Below, piece by piece: positions 50,899 to 64,000 of a DNA stretch of 64,000 nucleotides. This DNA comes from Paraspadella gotoi (lineage: Eukaryota; Animalia; Chaetognatha), in assembly GCA_051294375.1 (NCBI GenBank), contig CM119263.1, positions 19,408,304 through 19,472,303 of the forward strand, read 5' to 3'. The notes beneath the pieces were generated by a model. That model was given only the letters and a program-made list of their open reading frames with translations, ran no database searches and had not been told where the DNA came from. The position numbers and the translations under genes are program-made. How positions within the stretch are numbered: the stretch's first letter is position 1; each line of letters begins with the position of its first letter.

Positions 50899-52023
50899 AA
50901 GATCAATTGAAAAAGTGAACAACGAGAGGCCAGGATACATTTCATGCTCTGCGTGTCTATCTTACTCTTTCTCTCCTTCTCCCTCTTTCCGTATCTCTCT
51001 CTCTCTCTCTCTTACTCACTTTACCAATCCTCCCTCTCTTTTTTCTCTCCCTCTCTCTCATTTAGTTTTGAGTGCGAGATGGAAAGAAGGACGGAGAGAG
51101 CGAGTCAGGCGGAGGCACCGAGGCGATGGATGCTTGTGTGCGCCCTTATGTGTCGTTGGTGCGTGCGTGCGTGTGTTGGTCGTTGCGATCCTTGGCTTCT
51201 TTCTGCCTCCTCGACATTTTAGATGCACCAGCGTCATTCCTCGCTGTTGCCCTTTTTCTGGTCTCGCTCATCGACCGGATCAAAAAAAATAAATAAATAA
51301 ATAAATAAATAAAATAAAAGAGAGTATTTTGGATTTCGGATGTTTTTTTCTTAACAAATCTCCTGAGTGATACTTGGTAAGTACGACAACGAAAATTGCA
51401 TCGCGAAAGGTAAAAAATTAAATGCTCAGTCATGGTCAATTTAAAGTATTTACGGTTTATCTTGGAATGTGACTTTGGTGATTTTAGTCTCTCTCTCTCC
51501 CTCTACTCTCTCTCTCTATTCTCTACTCTCCTCTTCCTCCTTCTCATCTTCTCTCTCTCTCTCTCTCTCTCTCTAATTTCTCAATTTCCTGGTACCTTGA
51601 CGAATATAAACGTTTCATTAAGATTGGGTTTGAGTCTTCGACAGCTTCTGATCTAAATTATTCTCGACGCGAATTTGATCTACTTTCCCTTCTCTTCCAT
51701 CTGCGACATCAAAATAGAAACGATTCATTGTTTTTGCAAATGTAAATGAAATGCTTTGTTCACGTTTGCATCCGCGTTTCGCAGCAGCATTTTTTATCCT
51801 TCTTTATTACCTATATTCTATTGAGAAAAATAGAATCATTTTGCGTTTTTTCTCTAATTAACGTTATTTAATGTTTCTTTTTTTAAATCTAAGTTTATCA
51901 ATATGTTAACGAAAGACGAAGTTTCTTCCAAATACATTTCCCACTCCTAAATCTTTCATAAAAGATTTTTCTGGAGTTAATTTTTTTTTTTAAATTTAGA
52001 TACGCTTTCCTCTCTATTTATCA

Positions 52024-52060
<37 letters not shown>

Positions 52061-52151
52061 TCCTCTCCCTTTCTTTCTTTTTTTCAAACGTTTTTTAAAA
52101 TCATTCCTTTTTTCTTCCTTGTTTATTCGTCTTGCCATAAAGCAGACTCTC

Positions 52152-52188
<37 letters not shown>

Positions 52189-52197
52189 CTCTCTTCT

Positions 52198-52242
<45 letters not shown>

Positions 52243-53038
52243 CTTATCATCGTCTAACCAGTCGCGGCTTTTTAACTCTTTTTTATATATATTTTCCCGC
52301 GTGAGAGAAAATGTCAGAGACAGAATCACTTTGAGTCGAGAGGATATGATGGAAGCGCCGATGACTACGACGACGACGACGATTCAAACGACAAAGATAA
52401 CGACGACAACAATTTTTGAGCGAAGGAAATCGAGGAATCATGAGGATCGAAAGAATATATGGGAAAACTAATGAATGAAGTAACAATGAAGTAACAAAGA
52501 ATAAATAATTTATTTAATATATGAATGAAAGTTGGTAAGGTTGGAAAGTTGAAAGTTGGTAGACCCTGGTAAGGTCAAGTTAGATTGAAGAAAAGAAGGA
52601 AAGAAAGAAATAAAGATAGAAAAAAAATAAAGAAAGAAAGAAAGAAAAAAAGAAAGAGACCTAAATAAATAAATAACTCCTGCGCCCATCGTATAATGAT
52701 TTCATGGAAATGAAATATCGCCTATGAAGGAAATAGCTAATTACGAAAATGCTCAAACTAATAAAAAAGAATAACAAGAAAAACGACACGAAAAAATACA
52801 AGAAGAAAAGAAACGATAAGAAAGAAAAGGTAAAAAAAATAAAAATCTAACTTTGATCATTGGCATTTTATTACTTTTACATTTCGACAGAATTCCCAGA
52901 AGCAATTTAAAAAAAAGACTTTCTTTAAATAAAGTAAGTAAAACAGAAATAAACGTTTAAGAGAAAAGAGCTAAAAAAAACAACCAAAAGAGCATCGCCA
53001 TCGACAGCCTCATTATCGATCCCTCTCTGATATCCCGC

Positions 53039-57227
<4,189 letters not shown>

Positions 57228-57982
57228 TTCTTTACAATTATAAAAAAAAATTATCGAACGAAAGGGTTAAGCATTTGGTTTTGTTCGGTTTGAAAAATTG
57301 GAATTGTCCATTTTCAGAAAAATTCCTCAATTAGCTTCATTCAAATTTTTGAATTTGATATAATTTGTACGCAAAAAAAAACAAACAAACAAAAAACCTA
57401 TGAACATATTTATAAAACAAACAAAATATTCCCGTCGTACGAAATATAAAATCTTGAAAAGACAAATATTAGTTTCACAATTGAGTTGTCATTGTCTATC
57501 TTCTCCCCCCCCCCTCCTCTTTCCCACTTCCTATTCACCTCTCAATCTCTCTCTTTGTTTTGCCTTGGATTTTCCATGAGAGAAGCTCTCGGGAAAATGC
57601 CACCGGCCTTGTTATTATAGTCTTTGTTGTTATCGTCGCTGTTTTTGTTGTTGTTGTAGTACGCGCCGGTGACGTTGTTCTCATGTCGTTGTTTTAACAG
57701 GTGCAAGTTCTCATTCCTTCGTCATATTTTGGGGTCTACGGTTCGAGGAAAGAGTAAATAGAAACCCACTCTTGTTATATTTCGTGAATAAAAAAGGATT
57801 ATCATATTTTTTTAAATTTACCATTTTGGATATCTTATTTATTAATTTTTATAAATAAAAAAAAGTAGTGACGTGTTTAATTAGTAATTTTCGGCAAAGT
57901 TTGAAACATGACTTTAATGTTTGGGAAACGACAAATTTCCTGGAATGCGCTCGTTGTTTAGGGACAGCGTCAGGTGTCGCTT

Positions 57983-58069
<87 letters not shown>

Positions 58070-58279
58070 CTCTTTTCTCTCTCTATCTCATTTTTCTCCC
58101 ACCCCTTTCCGCGAAACAAAGCCCCTCCTCTTTCGAGCTTTCCGCCAAATCTATTCGTATTTAACTCAAAGATTTTTGTCTTCGATTTTTAGTTGAAACT
58201 TAACACCAGGGGTTACTGTCACGGTTCGGCGGTCTTCAAAAAAGGAAAAAAAAAAAGACCCTTAAATCATTCAATTATT

Positions 58280-62209
<3,930 letters not shown>

Positions 62210-63234
62210 TTAAGGATTATTGTTGTCTCATCTCAGTAGTCAACGTCTCGATTTTCGTAAACTTTAAAAAAACCTTTTCCTCTTGACTTTATTAGGTAAT
62301 GCTTTCCCTCATTCTAAGTACTAATGGATATCGTTTCATTTTTTTTCCCTTCAACTCAAATTGTCCCTTGCTTTGTTGAAAACTAATATTCTTTTATTTT
62401 TTTTCGCTTTTTTTTTTTAAATATTAATTAACTTTTGAACGCCTTCTATCTTTTTTCTATTCATTTATTGTTTTAACCTTGGCACAAAAATTCGTGGTTT
62501 TGGAATTGCATTCAATTGAACCTAAATTGTATTCATTTCTACCGAAAGATAAGATAGTTCAGAAGTTTTCATTCTCAATTGTAATTCTATACTAAGTCTA
62601 AGGAATTGTTTTAAGATAAAATAAAAATAGCTCAAAAAATGCAATTCTTTATAATTATTAGATAGACATCAACGTTATTACATTTTTCTGTTAGACAGTA
62701 TCTCAGTATATTTAAATTTTATTTCAGAAAAAAAATTTCAATCATAATAGATTTACAGTGGGAATACAAATTTTAAACCGAGATATTAAAATACTTAACA
62801 ATAATAAATAAAAAAATACTAAATATAATAACAAATAAAAAATAGTTAAGGATAATAAATAACTGGTATTTAAGATGAGGTCAGATATTTAGTGCGGTAT
62901 ATAAATTTACGGGATAATGGATATGAAATTGTTGATTTAAATATAAATTTAACAGTTTAAGAAAATATTTTGCGCCAAGGTTGTGCCTGTTTTTTAAACA
63001 AAAGTTGTGTGAACTTTTAATCGTCAAATATTTGAAAAAATGTTCATTAAGCATTATTTTTATTCTGATAGATCATGGAGATGAAAAAATGATATAATAT
63101 TTAATAAAACCAATTTTAATTTTTATTTTTCAAGTACTGGATTAAATGTTAGCGTAGTTTACTAATACAGAACTGGAAACGGTCATGATAACGAAAAACT
63201 ACTGATGTGAAAGCAATGAACAAAAAGATGATAA

Positions 63235-63401
63235 ATGAATTTATACAAACGAAATACGATGGGTTATGGATTTATCATCCTGGGAGTGTTCGTCGGCGTC
63301 TTGGTCTGCCTCGCCGCAATTATATTAATTTACAAAATCTGCCAGATAAACGAAATCAAGCGGAAAATTCCAGATGAAGTCAACGCGTCTGATATAATAA
63401 G
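63235..63401 (+). CDS. Possible exon of a single-pass membrane protein
   Basis: GYGFIILGVFVGVLVCLAAIILIYKI hydrophobic stretch, then basic residues and a donor AG|GTACTT; no further exons found. Confidence 0.35.
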
Positions 63402-64000
63402 GTACTTATTGTTATTTGTTATTCTATATAAATTTGAATGTTTAGATAGGAAATAAAGAGAAACAGAAACAATTGACCAATTCCTCGCTGCATTCACGAC
63501 TTCACTTATAATTCTTAGTACTAAGTACTATTCAGAAAAATTAATATATTTTAGTTTATATACAATATATATATTTTAATTTACGTTTAAAGATTTTAGG
63601 AATATCCACAATCCACGTGTAACAGGAACGAGGCACTTTTTCCATTTCTTATTTTGGTTTTTTTTCTGTTTCTTCTTATCCACAAGTGCCCCACTTATAG
63701 TCGCACCCTGAATCAGCTATTTACTTTCTTTTGATTCCCTTTTACAATTCTTTTTACAGATAAACTAACCCCCTTGCCCTTTAGTTACATGGAACAGCCA
63801 ACACCAACGGCTGTCCCGTCGCGCCTACTTGAAGAAATGGTAGGGTCAACTACCTCCTTGGACGGACTTGACTTCAGTACAGCGGGCCGCCCTCCCAGAG
63901 GCTCTCTTCACTCGCTCCAAATGCCCGTCAATTGGAGCCGAAGGGGTTCCGTCTACTCGGATCCGTTAAGTGGAGTCGGGTACATAACCTTAGCATGTAG

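Overview
AT-rich animal (invertebrate-like) genomic DNA with abundant (AG)n/(AAAG)n microsatellites and short spliceosomal introns; most entries in the six-frame ORF track are microsatellite noise. Hand-splicing gives six multi-exon genes: a LAMMER/CLK kinase (+, ~3.8-8.6 kb) with an atypical hydrophobic N-terminus; an 11-exon vasopressin/GnRH-superfamily GPCR (+, 10.5-37.2 kb); an ABM-like protein (-, 32.6-35.0 kb) apparently nested in the last GPCR intron; NUDT22 (+); an uncharacterised protein with a degenerate MADS-like N-terminus (+); and an MTG/ETO/nervy co-repressor (+). GPCR intron 6 holds a three-layer nest: a TIR element, containing a CACAGTG-ended (Transib/RSS-like) element, containing an internally deleted BEL/Pao LTR retrotransposon. 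That retrotransposon has no tRNA-type PBS; instead the 10 nt after its 5' LTR are complementary to its own LTR (possible Tf1-like self-priming), and it has a putative 5'-UTR intron. Other signals are three hairpins built on minimal hammerhead-ribozyme motifs, three GC-AG introns sharing the donor GCGAGT, and tRNA-Gly-derived SINE-like repeats. Three large duplications abut exact 25-N gaps and are probably gap-filling artefacts. All gene models and family calls were made by eye and from recall, without database searches.
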